IMG/VR virus record: IMGVR_UViG_3300030059_002152
Coordinates: 1 to 26,009 of that record
Length of the DNA stretch: 26,009 nucleotides
Reading direction: 5' to 3' (one strand)
Source of the DNA: a virus
Lineage: Duplodnaviria > Caudoviricetes
This document shows positions 17,221-25,765 of the stretch, piece after piece (position 1 is the stretch's first letter; every line of letters begins with the position of its first letter). The notes under the pieces are model-generated. The model was not told the origin of the DNA, made no database searches, and worked only from the letters and a program-made list of their open reading frames with translations. A program made the position numbers and the translations under genes.

Positions 17221-17251
17221 AAGAATTTTGTTTTTTGTATTTATAATATGA

Positions 17252-17294
17252 TAAGAGATCTTAAACGATCTCTTTTTTTGTGCCTAAAATTAAC
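17252..17294 (+). terminator. Terminator within 43-bp direct repeat, copy 1
   Basis: AAGAGATC-TTAAAC-GATCTCTT plus T-run; 42/43 identical to 19557-19599. Confidence 0.85.
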
Positions 17295-17303
17295 CAAAAT
17301 ATA

Positions 17304-17335
17304 ACAAGACATTATTAATAATGTTTTTAAATAAA
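17304..17335 (+). promoter_or_regulatory. Phage promoter class B, copy 3
   Basis: ACAA-GACATTATTAATAAT-GTTTTTAAATAAA upstream of scaffold/capsid. Confidence 0.7.
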
Positions 17336-17357
17336 TAAACACTTAATAAATATAAAT

Positions 17358-17924
17358 ATGAAATCAAAAGAAACACTAAACAAAGTAAAAGCTTTACTGG
17401 GTTTGGAAATTAATCTCGAAGAGAGAAGTCTTGAAAATGGCACTCGCTTTGAATCTGAAGCCTTCGAATCTGGAAGAGAAGTTTTCATTATTTCGGAAGA
17501 TGGCGAGCGAATCGCCGTTCCCGCAGGAGAGTATTTACTTGATGACGGAATGTTATTGGTTGTATCAGAGGATGGTATAATTGATGAGATTAGAGAAGAG
17601 GTAGAAGTCGAAGAGGAAGAGGTAGTCGATGCTGCCGCCGAAGTCGCCGATATCGAGGACTGGAGAGGGCTTGAAGAAAGAATTAAAAACCTCGAAGATG
17701 CCGTAGCGGATCTCAAATCTAGAGCTGGGGAAAAGGAAGATTTTAGTACTGACGAAATAAAAAATATTGAAGTAGAATCTACTGAAATAGAATTATCTGA
17801 AGTATCAAAACCTGTAAAACATAATCCTGAAGCTAAATCTAAACAAGATTTGCACTTACATGGTCAAAATAGATCTAAAACTACTCAAGATGTAGTTTAT
17901 GAAAAATTATTTAACAACAACTAA
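17358..17924 (+). CDS. Capsid scaffolding/assembly protein (putative)
   Basis: Very acidic, coiled-coil; P.GEY.L.DG..L.V...G.I motif; directly upstream of the major capsid protein. Confidence 0.65.
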   Translation: MKSKETLNKVKALLGLEINLEERSLENGTRFESEAFESGREVFIISEDGERIAVPAGEYLLDDGMLLVVSEDGIIDEIREEVEVEEEEVVDAAAEVADIEDWRGLEERIKNLEDAVADLKSRAGEKEDFSTDEIKNIEVESTEIELSEVSKPVKHNPEAKSKQDLHLHGQNRSKTTQDVVYEKLFNNN

Positions 17925-17954
17925 AAAATTTAATAATAACTAAAATAAAAAAAA

Positions 17955-18887
17955 ATGAGTACAACTTTAAATATTACAACTACCTATGCAGGGGAGTTCG
18001 CAGGTAAATATATCAGCGCAAGTTTACTGAGTGCCAGCACAATTGATGATGGCGGAGTTACAGTTTTACCTAACGTTCAGTATAAACAAATTATACAGAG
18101 GCTTGATACAGACAACTTGATTAAAAATGCAGGATGTGATTTTGACCCTACGTCTACTGTTGACATGACGGAGGTAGTAATTACCCCAAAAGAACTTAGC
18201 GTAAACTTACAATTATGTGTAAATGATTTTATTAACACTTGGGATGCAATGTCAATGGGCTTTGGAAATTCTCAAACTCTACCTCCTTCTTTTGCTGAAT
18301 ACTTAATAGCTTATGTGGCTTCAAAAGTAGCTTCAGAAAATGAAACTACAATCTGGCAAGGTCTAGCGGTTAATAATGGAGAATATGAAGGGTTAGAAGC
18401 AATTGCTACTACTTGTGGCGCAATAACTGTAAATATAGATCCACCTACAAGTACTAATGTGATTGATCTTATGCAATCTGTAGTAGATGCTATACCAAAT
18501 GCACTTTTTGGTAAAGAATCGCTAAAATTATACGTTTCTAACAAAATTGCGAAACTTTATATAAGAAGTCTCGGAGGATTTTCAGCAGGAATTGGAGCGC
18601 AAGGTACTGATAATAGAGGTACTCAATGGTTCAATAATGATAGCCTTAGTTTTGGAGGAATTCCAGTATTTGTGGCTAGAGGTATGAGTGATGATAAAAT
18701 TATGGCTTTTGAATCTACAAATGCTTATTTCGGCTGCGGATTATTGGATTCGTTTAATGAAATCAAGGTTTTAGACATGAGAGATTTGGATGGTTCATCT
18801 AATGTGAGAATGGTTATGAGAATGAAAGCTGCGGTACAATTCGGAGTTTGTGCTGATGTTGTTACATCAAATGTTTTAGTACCATAA
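17955..18887 (+). CDS. Major capsid protein
   Basis: 310 aa; ITTTYAGEFAGKYISASLLSA...CDF...VNLQLC...LDGSSNVRMVMR; position after the scaffold gene. Confidence 0.85.
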   Translation: MSTTLNITTTYAGEFAGKYISASLLSASTIDDGGVTVLPNVQYKQIIQRLDTDNLIKNAGCDFDPTSTVDMTEVVITPKELSVNLQLCVNDFINTWDAMSMGFGNSQTLPPSFAEYLIAYVASKVASENETTIWQGLAVNNGEYEGLEAIATTCGAITVNIDPPTSTNVIDLMQSVVDAIPNALFGKESLKLYVSNKIAKLYIRSLGGFSAGIGAQGTDNRGTQWFNNDSLSFGGIPVFVARGMSDDKIMAFESTNAYFGCGLLDSFNEIKVLDMRDLDGSSNVRMVMRMKAAVQFGVCADVVTSNVLVP

Positions 18888-18908
18888 TCATAATAAATAA
18901 TAATAATA

Positions 18909-18935
18909 AGAGGAGTGTAACAGCTCCTCTATTTT
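18909..18935 (+). terminator. Hairpin terminator/attenuator after the capsid gene
   Basis: AGAGGAG-8 nt-CTCCTCT followed by ATTTT. Confidence 0.65.
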
Positions 18936-18960
18936 AATAACTAACTTAAATACTATATAT

Positions 18961-19512
18961 ATGTCATGCGATATCAACCTGGGCAGATTAGAACCATGTA
19001 AAGACTCAGTCGGCGGAATTACAGCAATTTATTTTATAAACTATACACAAGGTTTATTAGATACTGCTACTTATGATCCTACTACTGAAGTTATTACTGG
19101 TTTTGCTTCCCCATTAACTTTATACAAATATCAGCTTAAAGGAGCTAATAGCTTCGAGGAAACTAACGAAAATTCCAGAGAGAATGGTACGTCTTTTTTC
19201 ACGCAAGTAGGAACGATTGTTCTAAAAAAACAAGATCCACAAACAAGAAAAGAAATGAAAATTTTATCTTGGGGTCGCCCTCAAGTTGTCGTTGAGTTTT
19301 ACAATACTGGACTGGCTGATGATGCTAGATATGTCCTAGCTGGATTAGAAAACGGATGTGAAACTGCACCCTCTCCAACGAGTGGGAGCGCAATGGGAGA
19401 CCTTAACGGTTATAATGTTGTTTTTACGGGGTCTGAGCGTACTCCTGCTTCATTTTTAGATCCATTAATTATAAATGATACCACTAATACTGTGGTGGTC
19501 GAAGGACTTTAA
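18961..19512 (+). CDS. Major tail (tube) protein, putative
   Basis: 183 aa; GRLEPCKDSVGGI.AIYF...SRENGTSFF.Q...G.AMGDLNGY...F.G.E. Confidence 0.65.
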   Translation: MSCDINLGRLEPCKDSVGGITAIYFINYTQGLLDTATYDPTTEVITGFASPLTLYKYQLKGANSFEETNENSRENGTSFFTQVGTIVLKKQDPQTRKEMKILSWGRPQVVVEFYNTGLADDARYVLAGLENGCETAPSPTSGSAMGDLNGYNVVFTGSERTPASFLDPLIINDTTNTVVVEGL

Positions 19513-19556
19513 AAATACTATATAATTTATTAAACTAACTTTATATAAGGACAGAT

Positions 19557-19599
19557 TAAGAGATCTTAACCGATCTCTTTTTTTGTGCCTAAAATTAAC
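19557..19599 (+). terminator. Terminator within 43-bp direct repeat, copy 2
   Basis: AAGAGATC-TTAACC-GATCTCTT plus T-run. Confidence 0.85.
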
Positions 19600-19629
19600 A
19601 AATAATGGTAAAAAGTGTTTTTAAATAAA
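19598..19629 (+). promoter_or_regulatory. Phage promoter class B, copy 4
   Basis: ACAA-ATAATGGTAAAAAGT-GTTTTTAAATAAA upstream of the portal operon. Confidence 0.7.
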
Positions 19630-19633
19630 GTTA

Positions 19634-19996
19634 ATGCAAATAGTTCTACCAAATATAAATACCCACACTTTTAAGATAATTCCTAGAAGACCATTTGTAG
19701 ATAAAATTAAAATTACAGACGAAGACGAAAACATAAGTTATATAATAGCTGACTTAACTAAAATATCTGTTACAAATGATAGATATTATATTATAGTAAA
19801 TGCAGAATTCCCTCTTAATTCATTTTCAAATTCAATATTTATAGAAGGTAGATTTTATACAATAGAATTTTATTATTTAGACGAAGCTATTTATAAAGAC
19901 ATGGCGTTTTGCACTTCTCAAAATGCATATGATTACTCAATTAATAAAGACCAATACAAAGAACACGAATCCACTAACGAATATATAGTAATTTAA
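19634..19996 (+). CDS. Hypothetical virion protein
   Basis: 120 aa; FKIIPR...EGRFY....IYKD.AFCTSQ...YSIN; precedes the portal gene. Confidence 0.65.
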   Translation: MQIVLPNINTHTFKIIPRRPFVDKIKITDEDENISYIIADLTKISVTNDRYYIIVNAEFPLNSFSNSIFIEGRFYTIEFYYLDEAIYKDMAFCTSQNAYDYSINKDQYKEHESTNEYIVI

Positions 19997-19997
19997 T

Positions 19998-21806
19998 ATG
20001 AGTCAAGAGCTATTTATAACACAACTGGCAGCCTATACAGCTCCAGAAATTGTAGAACAGAAAAATAAAGACTGGGTAAATTACGGAAAAGACAATTCGT
20101 ATTTTAAAGAGCTAATAAACCTTTACGAAAACTCCACAACTAACAACTCTATTATAAATGGGGTTAATAACATGGTTTATGGAAGAGGTTTAGCTGCATT
20201 AGATGCTTCCTCAAAGCCTGAAGAATATGCTCAATTGATGACTATATTAAAAAAGGAAGATTTAAGGCGTTTTATAATGGATTATAAGTTATTGGGAATG
20301 GCGGCATTTCAAATAGTTTATAAAAATAGTAAGGTTTCCCAGATTTTACATTTCCCCATGGAATGTTTAAGGGCTGAAAAATGCAATGAGGATGGAGATG
20401 TTGAGGGGTGGTACTATTCTAATAATTGGCAAGGTTTAAAACCTTCGGAAAAACCTGAGAGAATTACTGCTTTTGGATATGGTAATAAAAAAAACAATGA
20501 AATGTTTGTTTGTAAGCCATATAGTGTTGGGAGGTATTATTATTCTCCCCCAGATTACGTTGGAGGGCTTCCATACGCTAAACTTGAAGACGAAATCGGG
20601 GATTATCTTATTAACGATTGTTTAAATAATTTCTCAGGTACAAAAGTAGTTAATTTTAATAATGGAGTTCCTACTCCTGAGAAGATGCAGGATATTAAAA
20701 CCGAAGTCTTAGGTAAATTAACTGGTAGCAGAGGGGAAAAGGTAATAGTAGCTTTTAACAGTAACTCCGATTCTAAAACGACCATTGACGATGTGCCTCT
20801 GAATGATGCTCCCCAGCACTATGAATATTTATCAAATGAATGCTTTAAAAAACTAATTGTAGCTCACAGAGTTACCTCTCCAATGTTATTGGGTATAAGA
20901 GAAGGGAATGACTCAATGGGAAATAATGCCGAAGAAATCCAGACTGCAACTTTACTTTTTGATAATATAGTAATAAAAGTATATCAAGATCAAATAATAG
21001 ACTGTATAGACAAAATATTGGCGGTTAATGATATTGCATTAAACTTATATTTTAAGACCTTAAAACCGCTTAGTTTTACTGATACGGATCAATTAGAGGG
21101 CAAAGATAATGAGGTAATTGAAGAGGAGACTGGGGTAGAGCTAACCTGTCTATCAAACGAACAAGAAAATGACACCGAAATAGCAAGCAGCTTAATTAAT
21201 TTAGGTGAAGATTTTCCAGATTCCGCTTGGGAATTAATTGATGAAGCGGATGTAGATTATGACATTGAAGATGGACTAGATGATTTAATGGTAGAATTAA
21301 ACACTAAACCAAAAAGTCTTTTAAATAAGATTTGGAATTTTGCAGTTAGTACAGGATCACCATTTCCAAACAGCCCTGGAAAACAAGACAAAGAAAAAAA
21401 CGGGGAATATTTTAGAACACGATATTATTATTCTCCAAAATCTTACAATTCAGAAACTGCAAGGTCTTTTTGTAAAGCTATGGTAAACGCTAATAAAATT
21501 TACAGAAAACAGGATATTATTCAAATGGGAAAACAAACTGTTAATCCTGGCTGGGGGCCAAATGGCGCAAATCGTTATAGTATTTGGTTTTGGAAGGGCG
21601 GAGGAAACTGTCACCATTCCTGGAGGCGTTTAACTTTTAAAAGCGATTCCGCTAAAATAAATGTTAAATCTACTATTGATTTAATTACAACTAGAAGAGC
21701 TAGACAGGATGGTTATAAAGTAATTAATGAGAGAAAAGTTAGCCAAAAACCTATGAATATGCCAAACCATGGATTTTTACCTGGCAATCCTCAAGGACAA
21801 TATTAA
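19998..21806 (+). CDS. Portal protein with C-terminal extension
   Basis: WVNYG.DN.YF..L...Y.NSTTN...YYSPPDY...AHRVTSPMLLGI portal-type core, acidic linker, then FCKAM...WFWKGGGNCHHSW domain. Confidence 0.8.
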   Translation: MSQELFITQLAAYTAPEIVEQKNKDWVNYGKDNSYFKELINLYENSTTNNSIINGVNNMVYGRGLAALDASSKPEEYAQLMTILKKEDLRRFIMDYKLLGMAAFQIVYKNSKVSQILHFPMECLRAEKCNEDGDVEGWYYSNNWQGLKPSEKPERITAFGYGNKKNNEMFVCKPYSVGRYYYSPPDYVGGLPYAKLEDEIGDYLINDCLNNFSGTKVVNFNNGVPTPEKMQDIKTEVLGKLTGSRGEKVIVAFNSNSDSKTTIDDVPLNDAPQHYEYLSNECFKKLIVAHRVTSPMLLGIREGNDSMGNNAEEIQTATLLFDNIVIKVYQDQIIDCIDKILAVNDIALNLYFKTLKPLSFTDTDQLEGKDNEVIEEETGVELTCLSNEQENDTEIASSLINLGEDFPDSAWELIDEADVDYDIEDGLDDLMVELNTKPKSLLNKIWNFAVSTGSPFPNSPGKQDKEKNGEYFRTRYYYSPKSYNSETARSFCKAMVNANKIYRKQDIIQMGKQTVNPGWGPNGANRYSIWFWKGGGNCHHSWRRLTFKSDSAKINVKSTIDLITTRRARQDGYKVINERKVSQKPMNMPNHGFLPGNPQGQY

Positions 21807-21825
21807 TAAATAAAGAATTTAAAAA

Positions 21826-22338
21826 ATGGCTACAGCATTATATGTAACATCAAAAGATATAAAAAGATATTCAGTTCTCTCCGGGTCAATTGATCCTGAC
21901 CGTTTTATATATATGGTGGAAATTTCAATGGACACAGAAGTTCAGCAGTTTTTAGGAACTAAACTTTATAACAAAGTTCAAGATTTAATTCTTAATGATG
22001 ACATTAACCAACCTGGTTTTGTTAAATATAAAGAGTTGTTAGAAACTTACTTAAAACCCATGTCAATTTATTGGGCGTTGGTCTACTATATGCCATTTGC
22101 TGCTTATACGGTTGCTCAAGGGGGAGTATTTAAGCATCAAAGCGAAAGTAGCACTTCAGTTTCTAAAGACGAGGTAGATTATCTAACAAACAAATATAGA
22201 GATATCGCACAATTTTATAGCAATAATTTTGTGGACTACATGACTTTTAATCAAAGTGATTTTCCTGAGTATAATGCAAATTCTGAAGATGATTTTTATC
22301 CTTCAGGTGAAACAACTTTCGGGGGATGGTTTTTATAA
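21826..22338 (+). CDS. Head-tail adaptor protein (putative)
   Basis: MATAL...GSIDPDRF...LGTKLYNK...Y..L...YLKP...GGVFKH...FPEY; follows the portal gene. Confidence 0.6.
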   Translation: MATALYVTSKDIKRYSVLSGSIDPDRFIYMVEISMDTEVQQFLGTKLYNKVQDLILNDDINQPGFVKYKELLETYLKPMSIYWALVYYMPFAAYTVAQGGVFKHQSESSTSVSKDEVDYLTNKYRDIAQFYSNNFVDYMTFNQSDFPEYNANSEDDFYPSGETTFGGWFL

Positions 22339-22342
22339 AAAT

Positions 22343-22462
22343 ATGAGATATAAAATTAAAACTAAAAACATATTAAACTTAAAAGAATATTTAAGGATTG
22401 ATAATAATCAACAAAAAAATAAAATTGTTTGTTTTATGCCTGCTAAAAAATTAACTAAATAA
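22343..22462 (+). CDS. Small basic hypothetical protein (39 aa)
   Basis: MRYKIKTKNILNLKEYLR...; the ATG 4 nt after the adaptor stop is more plausible than the GTG at 22256. Confidence 0.4.
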   Translation: MRYKIKTKNILNLKEYLRIDNNQQKNKIVCFMPAKKLTK

Positions 22463-22469
22463 TAAAAAA

Positions 22470-22766
22470 ATGAAAATAGGAAAATATGAGTTTAATTCAG
22501 CGGAACAAGGCGAGGCTGCGATCAGTAAATTTAAAAATTCAGATCATACTTTTGCTAGATTAGGAAATATAACACCTACTAAATGGCACGTTGATGTTTG
22601 CTGGTGTGATGGTGTTGAATTACATCCAAGAGGATGGAAATCTTATTCTATAGAATTAGAGCATGAAGGAGTTCACCGTTTTAAAGGAATTAATTACTTG
22701 GATAATAAATTTGATTCTAGAGTTGCTGAAGTTGAATCTGAAGATATAAAAGATGCCGATTCCTAA
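22470..22766 (+). CDS. Phage hypothetical protein
   Basis: IGKYEF...WHVDV.W....HP.GWKSY......GVH.F.G..Y. Confidence 0.7.
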   Translation: MKIGKYEFNSAEQGEAAISKFKNSDHTFARLGNITPTKWHVDVCWCDGVELHPRGWKSYSIELEHEGVHRFKGINYLDNKFDSRVAEVESEDIKDADS

Positions 22767-22890
22767 ACCAAATTTAAACGAAAAACAAAAAGATTTTATG
22801 ATTAGATGCGTTCCTATGTTGACCCCATTTCATAAAAAAGATGAAGCTGTAGCAATTTGCTATAATTCATTTAGAAACAAAAAAAAATAA
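22753..22890 (+). CDS. Small phage protein, 45 aa, not in ORF track
   Basis: MPIPKPNLNEKQKDFMIRCVPMLTPFHKKDEAVAICYNSFRNKKK*; MPIPKP..E...F..RC...AICY pattern familiar from phage morphogenesis regions. Confidence 0.7.
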   Translation: MPIPKPNLNEKQKDFMIRCVPMLTPFHKKDEAVAICYNSFRNKKK

Positions 22891-22891
22891 A

Positions 22892-23041
22892 ATGATTCAA
22901 GAATATAAATTATTAATAATTAATGCTAGCAGTTTTGGAATAAGCTTGACAAATATAGATACAGGTTTAAAGATCGCCCTGCTGCTTTTAACTATTGGAT
23001 ATACCATTCAAAAATGGATATTACTTAATAAAAATAAATAA
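22892..23041 (+). CDS. Small membrane protein/holin-like, 49 aa, not in ORF track
   Basis: MIQEYKLLIINASSFGISLTNIDTGLKIALLLLTIGYTIQKWILLNKNK*; hydrophobic segments and a basic C-terminus. Confidence 0.6.
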   Translation: MIQEYKLLIINASSFGISLTNIDTGLKIALLLLTIGYTIQKWILLNKNK

Positions 23042-23047
23042 ATAAAA

Positions 23048-23242
23048 ATGTACGGAGATATATATAATAGTACTTGGTGGGGGAATGGAGCTTGTGATAA
23101 TACGGTTAATTGGGGTTTAGTTTATAAACCTTATGCTAATTGCCCACCTCCGCCTAGTACTAGTGAGGAAATTGTAGCAGAAAATGGAGATTCTCTTTTA
23201 ACAGAAGTAGGTCTTATCTTTTTAATAACAGAAATAAATTAA
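23048..23242 (+). CDS. Small virion-associated hypothetical protein
   Basis: 64 aa; YG.IY.STWWG...WG.VY repeat and IVAENGD.LLTE....LITE motif; precedes the fibre gene. Confidence 0.6.
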   Translation: MYGDIYNSTWWGNGACDNTVNWGLVYKPYANCPPPPSTSEEIVAENGDSLLTEVGLIFLITEIN

Positions 23243-23252
23243 ATAATATAAA

Positions 23253-24614
23253 ATGGCAGAAAAAAAGTTTAGTGAATTTACACTTAAAAACACCCCAACC
23301 GATGTAAGTCATATTGTTGGATATACAACTACAGAGAATGTAAGAATAAGTCCTACTGATTTTCTTAGTGAATACCTCCCTTTAGCTGGTGGTACGATGA
23401 CTGGCGACACTATCCATATTGATAATGAAAAGTCTATATATGGAACAAATGGTGATGAATTACAAATATATCATGATGATTTAGGCAGTTCATGGATTAA
23501 ACATTTAACTACAGGAGATTTTAAAATACAAACAGAAGGAACAGGTTATCTTAAATTATATGCAGGTTCTGAGCAAAGTGTAGTTTGTATTCCTGATGGA
23601 AATGTTGAATTATATAATGGTAACGGAGGCTCTCCATCTACTAAAAAGTTCGAAACTACAACCGATGGCGTAAAAGTTTTTGGCGGGATTCAAGATTCTA
23701 ATGGTAGCACGGGTACAGCGGGACAAGTTTTGTCTTCTACAGGTACAGCTTTAGATTGGATTGATGCTAGCAGTCCATCAAATCCAATAACAGGTACTGG
23801 AGTAGTTGGTCAATTGCCTTATTTTGATACAACTAACTCTTTAACTAGTACAAATGAATTTACTTTCACTCCAACGGGTTCATTAAGTTCAACTCCAACT
23901 ATTGGTATTGGGTTAGCTGGTGCGGCAAATACTAAAGCAGCTTTAGAAATAGCTAGTTTTTTAGATTATAATGGCAGTCCTTTTGATTATTATTTATATA
24001 CAGGGACAGGCGGATCATTTCAAAATTTCTCTGGAACTGATGTATTTGCTATTAGCATACATACAAACGGAAGGATAATGTCCTCTGGTCTTCACGTATA
24101 TTCAGACCAAAGAATTAAAAAAGATATATCTGTAAGTGATTCTAAAGAAGATTTAGAAACTTTAAATAAAATTGAAATATCTAACTATAAATATATTGAC
24201 GAAGCACAAGGTAACAGAGAACAAAAAAAGGTAATTGCTCAACAAGTTATGGAACATTATCCGCTGGCTGTCTCTACTAACAAAGATGTAGTTCCAGATG
24301 TTTATAAAAAATCCACTATTAAAGATGGAGCTATAGCAGATGAAATTACAGGGTGTGATGTAGGAGATTTAATTAAATTAATTTATCCAAATGGAGATAA
24401 AGAATTGGTTGCAGTTCTTGAATCAAATGGGAAAAATATTAAAGTAGAATCTCAAAAATCAGGTGAGGTATTTGTATATGGTAAAGAGGTAAAAGATTAT
24501 CATTCCGTTGATTATGATGCAATTGCTATGCTTAATGTATCTGCTACAAAAGAATTATATAAAATTATTAAAGAACTTAAAGAAGAGATTAGAGGTCTTA
24601 AAACCAGCCTATAG
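23253..24614 (+). CDS. Tail fibre/spike with C-terminal intramolecular chaperone (peptidase S74)
   Basis: YLPLAGGTMTG, G..GQVLSSTG....W fibre motifs; SDQRIKKDI autocleavage motif; VIAQQV; VDYDAI...ATKEL coiled-coil end. Confidence 0.88.
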   Translation: MAEKKFSEFTLKNTPTDVSHIVGYTTTENVRISPTDFLSEYLPLAGGTMTGDTIHIDNEKSIYGTNGDELQIYHDDLGSSWIKHLTTGDFKIQTEGTGYLKLYAGSEQSVVCIPDGNVELYNGNGGSPSTKKFETTTDGVKVFGGIQDSNGSTGTAGQVLSSTGTALDWIDASSPSNPITGTGVVGQLPYFDTTNSLTSTNEFTFTPTGSLSSTPTIGIGLAGAANTKAALEIASFLDYNGSPFDYYLYTGTGGSFQNFSGTDVFAISIHTNGRIMSSGLHVYSDQRIKKDISVSDSKEDLETLNKIEISNYKYIDEAQGNREQKKVIAQQVMEHYPLAVSTNKDVVPDVYKKSTIKDGAIADEITGCDVGDLIKLIYPNGDKELVAVLESNGKNIKVESQKSGEVFVYGKEVKDYHSVDYDAIAMLNVSATKELYKIIKELKEEIRGLKTSL

Positions 24615-24617
24615 GTA

Positions 24618-24650
24618 ACCACGCTTTTAAATTTTGTCTTACTTATAGTA
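24618..24650 (+). promoter_or_regulatory. Phage promoter class A, copy 2
   Basis: ACCACGCT-TTTAAATTTTG-TCTTACTTATAGTA upstream of the lysis cassette. Confidence 0.7.
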
Positions 24651-24672
24651 AGTAAGTTAAAAAATAAATTTT

Positions 24673-24816
24673 ATGAAAATTACTGAAAATCAAATTCAAA
24701 GAGTAAACCAAGTTATTAGCTCATTACCTATTGCTTTTTTAAAACAGGCCCAAGAAATTGTTTCCGTGTTAAATGAATCTGTAACTAAAGAAAAAACAGA
24801 TGACGAAAAACTTTAG
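24673..24816 (+). CDS. Small hypothetical protein, 47 aa, not in ORF track
   Basis: MKITENQIQRVNQVISSLPIAFLKQAQEIVSVLNESVTKEKTDDEKL*; overlaps the endolysin start. Confidence 0.6.
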   Translation: MKITENQIQRVNQVISSLPIAFLKQAQEIVSVLNESVTKEKTDDEKL

Positions 24817-25180
24817 TATTGAAGAATTTAACTGTAATGACGGAACTAAAATGCCGCTTAATGTGTTTTATAATATGCAAAAAGTAGCTAATCAATTACA
24901 AATACTTAGAAATTATTTAGGCAAACCAATTACTATTAATTCTGGTTATAGATCTGAAGAGTATAATGCTTCAATAAAAGGCTCATCAAAAAAATCTCAT
25001 CATATAATGGGTAGAGCTGCTGATATAGTTGTAAAGGGTCTTGATCCTGTTGGTGTTTATGCAACTATCGAGTTATTAATAGAAAAAGGGGATATGCTTC
25101 AGGGAGGTTTGGGAATCTATCCAAACAACGGCTTTGTTCATTACGATATAAGAGGAGAAAAAATACGCTGGAGAAAATAA
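24800..25180 (+). CDS. Peptidase M15A family protein, probable endolysin
   Basis: NFS..EF.C...I.INSGYR...S.H..G.AAD...G.Y....FVHYDIR zinc-peptidase motifs. Confidence 0.88.
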   Translation: MTKNFSIEEFNCNDGTKMPLNVFYNMQKVANQLQILRNYLGKPITINSGYRSEEYNASIKGSSKKSHHIMGRAADIVVKGLDPVGVYATIELLIEKGDMLQGGLGIYPNNGFVHYDIRGEKIRWRK

Positions 25181-25191
25181 AAATATAAATT

Positions 25192-25338
25192 ATGATAATA
25201 GAATTTAGTACTTTAATTTCAAGAGGTTTATTGTTTGGTTGGGAATATTATCCAGCATTAGATAAAGACGATCACAAAGAAGTAAAAGTTTATTTACTAG
25301 TTATTTGTTTACACTTTAAATGGATATATGGCAGTTAA
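25192..25338 (+). CDS. Small hypothetical protein, 48 aa, not in ORF track
   Basis: MIIEFSTLISRGLLFGWEYYPALDKDDHKEVKVYLLVICLHFKWIYGS*; fills the gap between endolysin and holin. Confidence 0.6.
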   Translation: MIIEFSTLISRGLLFGWEYYPALDKDDHKEVKVYLLVICLHFKWIYGS

Positions 25339-25765
25339 GAAATTTAAAAACACCAATGTGGGAAGATTTCTCGCTAGTAATAGCTCAAATATTGTAGATA
25401 CATTAGGAAGTATATTGCCTAATGCTGGAGTCCTTGGTATTGTAAAAAACCTTATTGAGAGACAACCTATGCCTGTAGCGGATAAAGAGAAGGCTCTTAA
25501 ACTTTTAGAGCTAGATCAAATTGAGTTACAAGAAGTATCTAAGCGTTGGAGTTCAGATCTTGCTAGCGATAATAAGCTATCTAAAAATGTAAGACCTCTC
25601 ACTCTTATAGTTATGACTACAAGCTTAATTCTATTTATACTATTGGATTCTATATTTATTGATTTTAAATTTAGTGATAGCTCAATACAAACTCTAACGC
25701 AGTTATGTTCAGTTATTTACATTGCATATTTCGGAGGTCGTTCATACGAAAAGACTAGAAAATAA
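25328..25765 (+). CDS. Holin (3TM/GTA-holin-like)
   Basis: RW.SD..SD..LSKNVRPL, two hydrophobic helices, YFGGRSYEK C-terminus; next to the endolysin. Confidence 0.75.
   Translation: MAVKKFKNTNVGRFLASNSSNIVDTLGSILPNAGVLGIVKNLIERQPMPVADKEKALKLLELDQIELQEVSKRWSSDLASDNKLSKNVRPLTLIVMTTSLILFILLDSIFIDFKFSDSSIQTLTQLCSVIYIAYFGGRSYEKTRK

Noticed and set aside
3251-20785. Other minus-strand ORFs (3251, 8089, 8802, 9673, 17327, 18311, 20603)
   Set aside because: All lie almost wholly opposite well-supported + strand genes and have shadow-like composition.
22256-22342. N-terminal extension of the 68-aa ORF
   Set aside because: Overlaps the adaptor gene by 83 nt from a GTG start; ATG 22343 is more plausible.
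22411-22440. ACAA...GTTTTATG as a class B promoter
   Set aside because: Spacing is off by one, the downstream box is poor, and it lies within a probable small ORF.
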